DNA of 64,000 nt from an uncultured Desulfarculus sp. (GTDB lineage: Bacteria > Desulfobacterota > Desulfarculia > Desulfarculales > Desulfarculaceae): contig CAXXUK010000001.1 of NCBI GenBank assembly GCA_963665125.2, positions 3,232,001 through 3,296,000 on the forward strand. Direction: 5' to 3'. A program made the position numbers and the translations under genes. This document shows positions 18,364-27,705 of the stretch, piece after piece. Numbering within the stretch: position 1 is the first letter of the stretch; every line of letters begins with the position of its first letter. The notes under the pieces were generated by a model. It saw nothing but the letters and a program-made list of their open reading frames with translations. It had not been told where the DNA came from and did not search any database.

Positions 18364-19641
18364 ATGGTTAAGTTTATTTCGTATTTTAAGCGGCTATTTA
18401 TATGCCTCATGACAGTCTTCTTGGTTATCATTTCCTCTATATCGCCATCTCTGGCCATAGAAATCATACCTCTAGCTAAAAACACTCATACACTTGAAGT
18501 TGAATGGGCAAAGCCATTCATGGGTGAAGAGGCTATCAATTATGGAGCCGTTGAGGCACTTCCACAAAACGGTATTGTGTTTGTTAAAATTATCAAATCC
18601 ACAAGCAACCCTGGAGTAACACCAGTCTTAATACGTATGGATAGCAATGGGAATATCCTATGGGAAAAAGGAATAGAGCTGAGTCGTCCAATTAAGAGGA
18701 TTAACAATTTCATATTCTCACTAGACCATATTTTTACGGCAGCAGAAACAATTGATTATAAAAACAGAAAGATAATCCCTGTGATAATTAAAATGGATAT
18801 TGATGGTAACATAATCAATAAGACCGAATTGAATATAAAGGGTTGCCTGGCGACAGTCATTGACTTTGTGCCTCAGAATAATGGCAACTATTATTATTCA
18901 GGACTTCGCATGTGCTTTGATGATATTGATTCACTTGGCTGGCAACATGGTTGGATAGGGTTGTGTAACATTGAGGGAAACATCATATGGCAAACTTTTT
19001 CAAACATCCTAACACGATCTATTTTTTTACCCTTTGTGCTAGATGAAAATGATATTTTTGTAACCGGAGCAGCATCTGATGTAAACGATGAAAGTAGTGT
19101 TATATTAGCCTCTTATACAAAAGAAGGAAAACTAAAATGGTATTTGTCAGAACTGGACGACAGGGTTCACCCAGCTATTATTATAAAAACTATCAATAAT
19201 GATATCGTATGGATTATATCTTCGATAAAACGGGAGCCACTAAACAGTAAACCTAGCAACCTGTTGTGGAAAAAGATATCTAAAGATGGTGATATTATTT
19301 TATCAAAGTATATTAAAATAAGTGGGTGGGATAACATAAAAGCTGGTCCAATAAAATTGTATTGCAATAATGTAATTGGCAATAAGGTTTGGCTAGCTGG
19401 TGGATATGTTGAAAAGCATCCAAAGAAAGCAGTAAATATTTTCTATCAAATTGATGCCAATGGTGAAGCTGTAAATGGTTTTACAATTAAGGAAAAGAAC
19501 AATTTTGCCATTGTCGATGTCTCATTTACTAGCGACGATACGCTCTATATGGTATTAATAACTGCATTTAAAGGGGACCAAAAATTTATTGATGGATTAG
19601 TCCTCAAACTCAAACTTTGTAAAAAGCAGGGCACCATGTAA
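18364..19641 (+). CDS. AT-rich secreted protein, beta-propeller-like repeats
   Basis: Signal peptide from ATG 18364; repeated 'xDxxGNxxW' blades (MDSNGNILW, MDIDGNII, NIEGNIIW, TKEGKLKW). Confidence 0.65.
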   Translation: MVKFISYFKRLFICLMTVFLVIISSISPSLAIEIIPLAKNTHTLEVEWAKPFMGEEAINYGAVEALPQNGIVFVKIIKSTSNPGVTPVLIRMDSNGNILWEKGIELSRPIKRINNFIFSLDHIFTAAETIDYKNRKIIPVIIKMDIDGNIINKTELNIKGCLATVIDFVPQNNGNYYYSGLRMCFDDIDSLGWQHGWIGLCNIEGNIIWQTFSNILTRSIFLPFVLDENDIFVTGAASDVNDESSVILASYTKEGKLKWYLSELDDRVHPAIIIKTINNDIVWIISSIKREPLNSKPSNLLWKKISKDGDIILSKYIKISGWDNIKAGPIKLYCNNVIGNKVWLAGGYVEKHPKKAVNIFYQIDANGEAVNGFTIKEKNNFAIVDVSFTSDDTLYMVLITAFKGDQKFIDGLVLKLKLCKKQGTM

Positions 19642-19730
19642 TCATAGTGCCCAGTTTAACTAATTAGATGCGTTTGCAAGAATGGCCTTGAATATTTGCT
19701 TGCGCGCATCGATTTGCTGAGGGGTTAGTT

Positions 19731-20949
19731 TGTGCTGTGATGGTAATAACCTGACACATAGAGCCAAATGAAGAGGTGGCCATGTCGCCTCCTGCCGGGT
19801 TAGAAGAAGTGTTGCTGAAGCACTTCGAACCCAAGGAGGTAAAGGACATGACCACCGAAAAGAAAGTAGCACGTAGGAAGCTGAGTTTACTAGAGTTGGC
19901 GTCTGATTTGAAGAACGTCAGCCGGGCCTGCAAGATCATGGGCTATTCCCGTCAGCAATTTTATGAGATCAGGCGCAACTACCAGACGTTTGGGGCCGAA
20001 GGCCTGGTGGATCGGCTTCCCGGCCCCAAAGGACCACACCCCAACCGCGTATCAGAGGAAATCGAAAAGGCCATTCTGGATCACTGCCTGGATTATCCCA
20101 CCCATGGCTGTCTGCGCGTGGCCGACGAACTGGCCCTCAAGGGAATCCAGGTCAGCTCCGGCGGCGTTAGGGGCGTCTGGTCCCGGCACAATCTTCTAAG
20201 CCGCCATGAGCGCCTGCTGCGGCTGGAGCGTCACGTATCGGAAACCAAGATTGATTTGAGCGAGGACCAGGTCGCCCTCTTGGAGCGATTCAGCCCGGAG
20301 TTTCGAGAGCGCCACATTGAAACCAAGGGTGTGGGCGATCTGGTGGCGGTGGACACCTTCTTTGTGGGCGCCCTCAAGGGCGTGGGGAAGGTCTATCTGC
20401 AGTCGGTGGTCGATTGCCACAGCCGTTACGCCTGGGGCAGGCTCTACACCTCCAAGCTGCCGGTGACCGCCGTCCATGTGCTCAACACCGACGTGCTGCC
20501 CTTCTTCGAGCAGCATAACGCTACAATCACGACCATTCTCAGCGACAACGGCAGGGAGTTTTGTGGCCGTGAAGATCGCCACCCCTACGAGCTTTTCCTG
20601 CAACTGGAGGAAATCGAGCACCGCACAACCAAGGTGCGCCGTCCCCAGTCAAACGGCTTTGTGGAGCGGCTTCACCGCACGCTGCTGGACGAGCATTTCC
20701 GCATCATGGGCCGCAAGAAATGGTACGAGTCGGTCGACGAGATGCAGAAGGATCTGGAAGACTACCTGGCCCTGTACAACACGAAACGGCCTCACCAGGG
20801 CCGCAACATGAACGGCAGGACGCCGTATCAGGCTTTCAAGGATGGGCTGAAAGACTTGAATCCTGAACCGAAAAATAATAAGAGCAAAAAGGCAGCCTAA
20901 CAACCAGACCGGTAGGAGGCGACTGTCAGGTCAATACCATCACTGTACA
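19731..20949 (+). mobile_element. IS481-family element A, copy 1
   Basis: TGT...ACA ends, IRs TGTGCTGTGATGGTAATAACCTGACA / TGTCAGGTCAATACCATCACTGTACA; no target duplication. Confidence 0.92.
19848..20900 (+). CDS. IS481-family transposase
   Basis: HTH plus rve core: 'VAVDTF', 'SDNGREF', 'PQSNGFVERLHRT'. Confidence 0.93.
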   Translation: MTTEKKVARRKLSLLELASDLKNVSRACKIMGYSRQQFYEIRRNYQTFGAEGLVDRLPGPKGPHPNRVSEEIEKAILDHCLDYPTHGCLRVADELALKGIQVSSGGVRGVWSRHNLLSRHERLLRLERHVSETKIDLSEDQVALLERFSPEFRERHIETKGVGDLVAVDTFFVGALKGVGKVYLQSVVDCHSRYAWGRLYTSKLPVTAVHVLNTDVLPFFEQHNATITTILSDNGREFCGREDRHPYELFLQLEEIEHRTTKVRRPQSNGFVERLHRTLLDEHFRIMGRKKWYESVDEMQKDLEDYLALYNTKRPHQGRNMNGRTPYQAFKDGLKDLNPEPKNNKSKKAA

Positions 20950-22278
20950 CTCAGCATATACCCCAAGCAATTTAGAAATTCGCGCATACCAATCGAAAAG
21001 AATCAGTGTTTCATGCTAATGCCGTTTAATCCAAAATTCGACTTTACCTACGGAGAAATCAAGAGATATCTATTCGAAAACGGTTATATGTGTAGCAGAG
21101 CTGATGAAATATTTGGCAGTGTACCCATAATGAGTAATGTTCTAGGCGGCATATTAAAAGCACATTTTATCATAGCAGACCTGACAGATCAAAATGCCAA
21201 TGTTTTCTACGAACTAGGCATAGCGCATTCTTTTAAAGACCCACATAATATTATTTTATTGTCCCAGAGTATAAAAGATATTCCTTTCGATATAAGACAC
21301 TTGAATACAATCATTTATAATGAAGATAACGTCAAGCACTTGACTGCAAGTATATTGAAGACCATTAAAGATAATTCTCATTATTACAGTTTCTTTGAGG
21401 CACTACAAAAAAATTCCATAATTGGTTCAATTCATGATGACAAAATTGAATTTTTAGAAACTCTACAAGAACATTTCGTCAACAATATCAATGTGGCTAC
21501 CGACGTATTAAATGGCGAGGCTAGCGCGTACACTGAAAGAGATATTAAGGACCTACTCGATGCCTGCCTAGGGGCGCTTTATACCAAATCAGCAGAGGGC
21601 AAACGAAAGCAACTAAAAGGAATTATGAGGGTGCTTGGTGCTTTGTTATGCCAATGTGATGATTTTGGTTATGCTCAAGAAGTTGCGAACCATTTTTTAA
21701 ATGAAAATAGGCTAGAATCGTATCAAGTTGACCGCAAGGAAATCATTTTTTTACAATCAGAGCTTGCCGTCTATTTGGCTTCAAATAAAGTGTTCTTTAA
21801 CGATGCTATGTCATGGATAATTGGGTATTTCTCAAAATCAAAATCCGCTACCGTCGATTTAAACAGATATAACCTGGAAAGGTTTTTGCTTACATCTGAC
21901 GACATTACTGTAGATGAAATTATTGTAAGCTCAATATTCCACGAAAACTACTATGTCAGAGAGCATATGGCAGATATCATAGGAGAAAAACGTATTAACT
22001 TCGGAGTAGAATCTCTTATGACACAGCTGAGTCGGGAGGAAAATATTTACTCAACTTCTAGTATTATCACGGCACTAGGTAAGCTTGGCGACCCGAAGGC
22101 ATACCCGAGTATAGAGAGCTGGTTTCTTAGGAATCGGGATAAGGTGTTGAGGACACAGCACTATTTCATTCTAAAGCATATATACTTGGCCGTGGTTAAC
22201 CTAAAAGTTTCAAACGATTTCACAAAAAGCTTCAGAGCGGAATTTGCAGAATATATATCGCCATTTGCTATTTTCTAG
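20950..22278 (+). CDS. NDT/TIR-like Rossmannoid domain fused to C-terminal HEAT-like repeats; 5' end abuts IS481
   Basis: 'CFMLMPF...SRADE...IIADLTDQNANVFYELGIAH...IPFDIRH'; HEAT-like 'YVREHMADIIGE', 'IITALGKLGDPKA'; frame is open from the IS end (20950) to the first ATG (21013). Confidence 0.7.
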   Translation, partial: LSIYPKQFRNSRIPIEKNQCFMLMPFNPKFDFTYGEIKRYLFENGYMCSRADEIFGSVPIMSNVLGGILKAHFIIADLTDQNANVFYELGIAHSFKDPHNIILLSQSIKDIPFDIRHLNTIIYNEDNVKHLTASILKTIKDNSHYYSFFEALQKNSIIGSIHDDKIEFLETLQEHFVNNINVATDVLNGEASAYTERDIKDLLDACLGALYTKSAEGKRKQLKGIMRVLGALLCQCDDFGYAQEVANHFLNENRLESYQVDRKEIIFLQSELAVYLASNKVFFNDAMSWIIGYFSKSKSATVDLNRYNLERFLLTSDDITVDEIIVSSIFHENYYVREHMADIIGEKRINFGVESLMTQLSREENIYSTSSIITALGKLGDPKAYPSIESWFLRNRDKVLRTQHYFILKHIYLAVVNLKVSNDFTKSFRAEFAEYISPFAIF

Positions 22279-23263
22279 ACAAAGGCATATTTTTTATAAA
22301 GTCAAAAATTCTGTTCGCTCCGCAATATTCAATAAATTCATCTATGCGAATGGCGTTCTGCTCTAACGAGAATGTATACTTAATATAATCCCCGATCACT
22401 TCATCGTCCTGCTCAGAAATCTGTAAAGATTCAATTAGATAAGCCAAGCATTTTTCAAAAAATGAATAGTAATAAAACATGAAATATGGAAACTGTTGTC
22501 TTCCGTCGAGCAGTTTCCGAATCTCAGTAAAGGCGAAAAATAAATCATCGATATGCTTTGTTGAAAAACATCGCGAGACGGAGGTCTTTCTTTGAAAGAT
22601 ATGATAATTGGTTTTATCGGTGATAGATATAGATTCTGCCTCAAGGAAGGCATGAAATATGAAGATATCATCTTCGTTTAAACAGTTTTCGTAAAATTTT
22701 AATTTATATTTATTGAGAAAACTTTTTTTGAATAGTTTGTTTCCTACTATGGCACTTATTGATATGTCTTGGTTAATCACATTTGAGAGTAAGGAAATAG
22801 CATATTTCCCGTCAATAGTATTTTGAACATCATAGCCATATCTAACGACACTTTTATGCCCGTTTTCATACTCGCGTATAACCCCACATAAAGTTATGTC
22901 TGCGTCACTAGCTCGGGTACTTCCTACCATATAATAAAAATAATTTGAATCAATCCAATCGTCGCTATCAATTAAGCTGATGTATTCGCCTTTTGCCCTT
23001 TCCAAGCCAACATTTCTGGCACCGCCAGCAAGTACTTTTGAATTAAGTTGAACCAAATGAAAGTTATCATACTTCTTGTCATATTGCTTAAGAACTTTAA
23101 CTGTATTATCTGTTGAGACATCATCAATCGCAATTATTTCGATATTTTTCAGGCTTTGGTTGATAATTGAATCCAAGCATCGCTGTACGTGTGCACTTGA
23201 ATTAAATGTTGGAATTATGACGCTAACTAAAGGGCTTACCATATGATAATTCCTAATTATCAC
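22268..23263 (-). CDS. Glycosyltransferase family 2
   Basis: 'VSVIIPTFN', 'IDDVSTD', 'ARNVGL', 'IDSDD', 'NEDD'; start GTG 23263 or ATG 23242. Confidence 0.9.
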   Translation of the reverse strand: MIIRNYHMVSPLVSVIIPTFNSSAHVQRCLDSIINQSLKNIEIIAIDDVSTDNTVKVLKQYDKKYDNFHLVQLNSKVLAGGARNVGLERAKGEYISLIDSDDWIDSNYFYYMVGSTRASDADITLCGVIREYENGHKSVVRYGYDVQNTIDGKYAISLLSNVINQDISISAIVGNKLFKKSFLNKYKLKFYENCLNEDDIFIFHAFLEAESISITDKTNYHIFQRKTSVSRCFSTKHIDDLFFAFTEIRKLLDGRQQFPYFMFYYYSFFEKCLAYLIESLQISEQDDEVIGDYIKYTFSLEQNAIRIDEFIEYCGANRIFDFIKNMPLSRK

Positions 23264-23449
23264 GGGTTGAGGTGAGCCCTAGGATTGGCTTTGGCCAGGC
23301 ACGCTTTCAGGCTAGTGTTTGAGACGTGGGTATAGATCTCGGTAGTGGAAATGCTGCTATGTCCCAGAAGACGCTGAACATAGCGGATATCGACGCCGTG
23401 TTCCAATAGGTGGGTCGCGGTGCTATGGCGGAGCATGTGAGGGGTGATG

Positions 23450-24672
23450 TGTCCTAGTCACTAATTGCGTTGACAGTTTGGCCTTCCGGCAGATGGTTTA
23501 GGTTACTACGCTGCGTCCTCGATTTCTATCCCTTCATGGACATGCTTTTGATACAGTTCCAGGCCGTCGGTAAAGGTCTGAAAAGGGGTGCGCCCCTGGC
23601 AATAGCGGCCCTGATGGGTTCGTTCGGTGTTGTAGTAGTTCATGAAGGCGTCCAGGTCGGCCTGGATTTCATCCAGCGTGCGGTACAGCTTTTTCCGGAA
23701 GGCCACCTCATAGAATTCATTCTGGATGGTCTGGTGAAGCCGCTCCACCGCGCCATTGGTCTGGGGATGGCGCACCTTGGTTCTGGTGTGCTCGATGTCG
23801 TTTAGGTGCAGAAATAGCTCGTAGGGGTGGCTGTCCTGACGACCGCACAGCTCCGGGCCATTGTCGGTGAGCACCCGGTGCACCCTGATGCCGTGGTGGT
23901 CGTAAAAAGGCAGCACCCTGTCGTTGAGCAGGTCGGCGGCGGTCAGGGCCGTCTTTTCACGATAAACCTTGGCAAAACCATGGCTGCCGTGGGTGTCGAT
24001 GGCAGTTTGCTGGTAGATGCGGCCTATGCCCTTGATAATGCCCACATAGCAGGTGTCCTGGGCCACCAGAAAGCCTGGATGCGGGCTTTCCACCTCACCG
24101 TGGGCCTCTTTTTCCTGCTTGGCATTCTCCAGGGCCTGGACCTGGGATTCGGTGAGCACCTCAGTGTTTTCCGCCGCCCATTTCTCCAGTCGCTTCAAGC
24201 GCTGTGCCTTGAGCGTCAGATCATGCCGTAGCCAGATGCTGCGAATGCCTCCAGCGCTGACCTGGATACCGATTTTCTTCAGTTCGTTGGCCACTCTGGT
24301 CTGGCCGTGAGTGGGAAACTGTAAAGAATAATCCAGCACTTTCTGCTCTATCTCGAGGGCCACACGGTTGCCGATCCTGGGCACGCGACGACTCTTCTCC
24401 AAGAGCCCCTCCAGACCTTCCTCATCAATAGCTTGCTTGATGTCGTAATAGTGCTGGCGGCTGATGCCAAGTTTGCGGCAGGCCTCGGAGATGTTTCCCA
24501 GAGTTTGGCCCAACTCCAGGATATTGAGCTTGCGGTTGATGATATACTGCGATTGAGTCATGGTCCTTCCTTTCAATTAAGATGCTTCTTTTGGTTTGAA
24601 CCATCTTAACCGGAAGGCCATGGCTCCTTCAGCTAGGACCTTGACCTGTCAACGCTTTTCTCGACTAGGACA
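23450..24672 (-). mobile_element. IS481-family element B
   Basis: IRs TGTCCTAGTC...GCGTTGACAG / CTGTCAACGC...GACTAGGACA; 7-bp TSD GGTGATG (23443-23449, 24673-24679). Confidence 0.93.
23506..24576 (-). CDS. IS481-family transposase
   Basis: 'VAQDTC', 'TDNGPEL', 'PQTNGAVERLHQT'; start may be ATG 24561. Confidence 0.92.
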   Translation of the reverse strand: MKGRTMTQSQYIINRKLNILELGQTLGNISEACRKLGISRQHYYDIKQAIDEEGLEGLLEKSRRVPRIGNRVALEIEQKVLDYSLQFPTHGQTRVANELKKIGIQVSAGGIRSIWLRHDLTLKAQRLKRLEKWAAENTEVLTESQVQALENAKQEKEAHGEVESPHPGFLVAQDTCYVGIIKGIGRIYQQTAIDTHGSHGFAKVYREKTALTAADLLNDRVLPFYDHHGIRVHRVLTDNGPELCGRQDSHPYELFLHLNDIEHTRTKVRHPQTNGAVERLHQTIQNEFYEVAFRKKLYRTLDEIQADLDAFMNYYNTERTHQGRYCQGRTPFQTFTDGLELYQKHVHEGIEIEDAA

Positions 24673-25560
24673 GGTGATGCGCTTATTGATGCCGGCTTTC
24701 CGGGCAAGCTCATGCAGATTGCGCCTAATGAAGTCCGGGGTGGCGGCAGTGCCACGGTTCGTCAGTAACAAAACTCTTGTCCCGGTGGTCCATGTGCCGT
24801 GGCTTTCAATATAGCCGCCAAGCAGTGAAAGGACATTATCGTCGACAATGAAGACCTGCCGCTCCCGGCTGCCTTTACCGTTGACTGTCATGGTTCCGCT
24901 GGCCAGGTCGATGTCCCTTAACTTGATGCTACATAGCTCACCAACCCTGATTCCTGTTGCGAAAAGCAGCTCAACGGCCAGACGTATAGTCCTCTGACGT
25001 ATGTCGCCATCACTTTTGGTTATGCTGGAAGCGCACTGCAACAATGCCTTAACCTCAGCTTTACCAAGTGCTTTTGGTAGCTTGCGAGGCTGTCTGATAG
25101 TCGTTCGGTAGCCATGGAAGGGATTGGTTGCCAGCAATTGCTTGTCATCAAGCCAACGCAAAGCCACCTTTAACGATGCGAATTTGCGCTTGATGGTTGC
25201 CGGCGCATAGTGCCTGCTTCGCATTTCCTTAAGCCACTCATCTAACATCTCTTCGCTCAAATCGTGGTCAGCGCGGCTTGCTAGCCAATCGGCAAAATTA
25301 TTGAGATCACCTTTGTAAGCCCGACAGGTATGAGCCGAGAGACCTTTTCCTTCGCAATAGTCGAGAAAGATTTGAATATCATCGGAAAATGCCATGATTA
25401 TGCTCCGTTTGGTGGGTGGCCAAGTTGTAACGGGGCATTATGCCTGTACAAAACAGAATGGAAAAACAGATTGTTAGGATTTGTTCATGTTGAAAATGTA
25501 GAGAAGAGGTGGCAGGCCTATTACATGAGCCGTTAAGTCGGTCACAGAACTTTTAGCTTT

Positions 25561-25588
25561 TGACCCAAATAACCTCGTAATTGGGTCA
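25561..25588. promoter_or_regulatory. Palindromic operator-like site upstream of Fic-HTH remnant
   Basis: TGACCCAA-N12-TTGGGTCA; equivalent at 29275-29303. Confidence 0.5.
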
Positions 25589-25621
25589 CAAATATGCCCA
25601 AAAATAGTTTACTCGGAGGGC

Positions 25622-25837
25622 TTGGCGCAGAGTATCCACCCCTTTGAGGATGGCAACAGCCGCATCGCCCGCGCCACAACCGACATGGCCTTGGCCCAGG
25701 ACGAGGGCAGCGGCCAGCGCCTATATAGCATGTCCCATCAGATTCAGACTGAAAGAGATGCCTATTATGACGTGCTTGAGAAGACCCAAAAGGGTGAGTG
25801 CGACGCAACCGGTTGGGTGGCGTGGTTCCTGGAGTGA
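25622..25837 (+). pseudogene. Fic-HTH (DUF4172-type) internal fragment
   Basis: 'IHPFEDGNSRIARA...DMALAQDEGSGQRLYSMS' nearly identical to part of 29360-30472. Confidence 0.85.
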
Positions 25838-25854
25838 TCCAGCCCAGTTTTACC

Positions 25855-25921
25855 GACACCGTATTAAGCGAGAACATAGCATGTGGGGGTAAGAATTACT
25901 CGCAGAAGAGCGAGAAGTAAT
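25855..25921. repeat. Unit right-end motif copy 1 (copy 2 at 34042-34110)
   Basis: GACAYCGTATTAAGCGA..ACA.AGC...TCGCAGAAGAG...GTAAT shared, each just left of an att-core module. Confidence 0.65.
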
Positions 25922-26075
25922 TCACCAGACTACGCCTCGTTTCGTAATTCTCGTTAAAAGCACTTTGTTAGGCCGAATAAGTTACGACAAGCGGCGCTGC
26001 TAAGCAAAGCTTGGCCTGCAGTAGTTTGGGCTTTATGTCTTGGATAGGACTGGCAGTGGCAAACAACCTTGAATA

Positions 26076-26250
26076 GGACTTTTCAGTCCCACCTGGCAGG
26101 GCGCGCAACGCTTCCTAATGGCTGATGAAACACAATGTAATGTCAAATGGTTATATTAGATATGGCCTGCCCGAAATGACCCTATTTGTCCCCCCTGAAC
26201 CCTGCATATCGTACATAAAAGTTCAGAAAAAGTTCAGAACGGGCTGGGGA
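26076..26250. repeat. Island end module copy 2 (unit 1/2 junction)
   Basis: GGACTTTTCAGTCC symmetric core followed by the same ~170-bp module with the AAAAGTTCAGA tandem repeat. Confidence 0.9.
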
Positions 26251-26419
26251 CCGGGCAAGAGACTACATAGCGAATGAAGCATACCCTTGAGCGCCGTCAC
26301 CTGTTCGAGTTTAGCAAAATTCAACCGACCACCTTTGATGAGTTAGATCTCTGATAGCCGTGATGGACATGGTTTAGGCCATAGCGTATACTATGTGTAC
26401 ATTGTAATGGAGAGTATAC

Positions 26420-26659
26420 ATGGGTACGGTGACTGCAAGGATTCCTGAAGATATTGCCTCCAGCTTGGATGCTTTGGCAGAGTCCACAAAACGAAGCAAG
26501 TCGTTTCTGGTGGCAGAAGCAATAAGGACATATCTGGAGACCCATGCATGGCAGGTTTCCCGCACGATGGATAGCCTGGCACAGGCTGACAATGGCCAAT
26601 TCGCGAGTCCGGAACAAGTAAAGGATGCTTTTGGGAAGTTGGGCCTAAAACTTGACTAA
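26420..26659 (+). CDS. CopG/RHH-family antitoxin, copy 2
   Basis: Near-identical to 15304-15543. Confidence 0.85.
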   Translation: MGTVTARIPEDIASSLDALAESTKRSKSFLVAEAIRTYLETHAWQVSRTMDSLAQADNGQFASPEQVKDAFGKLGLKLD

Positions 26660-26945
26660 ATCCCTGGCGATATTCTGGACGATCAACGTACTGGATGATT
26701 TGGGCCATCTGCGACGTTATCTTTCGGATCAGGCTGGGCCAGCGATCATGCAATCAGAAGCCAGGCGCATCTGGGACTCTGTGGCAAGATTAGCTGATTT
26801 TCCGGCCAGTGGTCGACCTGGGAGGGTTCCGGGCACCAGAGAGCTTATTGTGCCGCCGTATATACTCCCATATAGAGTGCGTGATGACCGGGTTGAGATT
26901 CTGGACCTGTTCCACTCGGCGCAGAATTGGGAGTTGAAGGAATAG
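26652..26945 (+). CDS. RelE/ParE-family toxin, copy 2
   Basis: Near-identical to 15536-15829. Confidence 0.9.
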   Translation: MTKSLAIFWTINVLDDLGHLRRYLSDQAGPAIMQSEARRIWDSVARLADFPASGRPGRVPGTRELIVPPYILPYRVRDDRVEILDLFHSAQNWELKE

Positions 26946-27049
26946 CCAAGGTGCCTAGCTGTTTTTAGCAAGGACGTTGTTTACACTTATCAATCTTTTG
27001 TCCATAGGCCTTATTGGCTACAATATGGATGCCTTCAAAAGGATGTGCC

Positions 27050-27367
27050 ATGGAAACGCCCAAATCCGAACCGGAACCCAAGCCCGTCTTGGACGAGATC
27101 AAGTCCAAGGCCATACCCATTTTGAAGCGGCATGGTGTGGTGCGGGCCTCTATTTTCGGATCGGTGGCCAGGGGCGATGACGGGCCTGACAGCGACGTTG
27201 ATTTCCTGATTGACGTAGGCGACAACCCCATGTCTCTTTTTGGGCTGCAACGCCTTGAAGACGAATTGGCGGCCAAATTGGGCCGCAAAATCGACCTGGC
27301 TTTTTATGACTGCATCAAAAAAAGAATCCGCGATAAAGTCCTCAGTCAGCAAGTAGCCGTGCTATGA
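27050..27367 (+). CDS. MNT nucleotidyltransferase antitoxin (intact)
   Basis: 'FGSVARGD...SDVDFLID', 'GRKIDL'. Confidence 0.88.
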   Translation: METPKSEPEPKPVLDEIKSKAIPILKRHGVVRASIFGSVARGDDGPDSDVDFLIDVGDNPMSLFGLQRLEDELAAKLGRKIDLAFYDCIKKRIRDKVLSQQVAVL

Positions 27368-27558
27368 CCCGCGACCCTAGCGCCCGACAACTTAAAGGCA
27401 AAACATCCGCACATCCCCTGGCACGAAATGATCGGCCTGCGTAATCATCTTGTGCTGACTACATCAAAATCAGGCAAAAAACGCTCTGGGAAACGGCTCA
27501 AGATGATTTCCCCGGCCTGCGGCTACAGCTTGAATCTCTGCTTAAAAACGAAGAGTAG
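27364..27558 (+). pseudogene. HEPN toxin remnant, copy 2
   Basis: MTRDP then deletion, 'KAKHPHIPWHEMIGLRNHLV' then frameshift. Confidence 0.8.
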
Positions 27559-27705
27559 CAACCGCCCCATATGGGCTACCAAAATCCTCATGACGCCCAG
27601 CCGATTGTTTGGCGCATTGGTGGTTCTTAACCATCGATCCCTTTGAGGACGGCAATGTCCGTATTACCCGCGCCAGGTCAAAGTGGTCAAGCGGCTGTTG
27701 GGGGC

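Larger units (their letters stand above)
23260..25395 (-). pseudogene. XerC/D-like tyrosine recombinase interrupted by IS481
   Basis: N-part 25395-24673 (SAM-like domain, 'TGIRVGEL', 'GKGSRER') continues after the IS as '[42 protein letters not shown]...NP*'. Confidence 0.92.
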
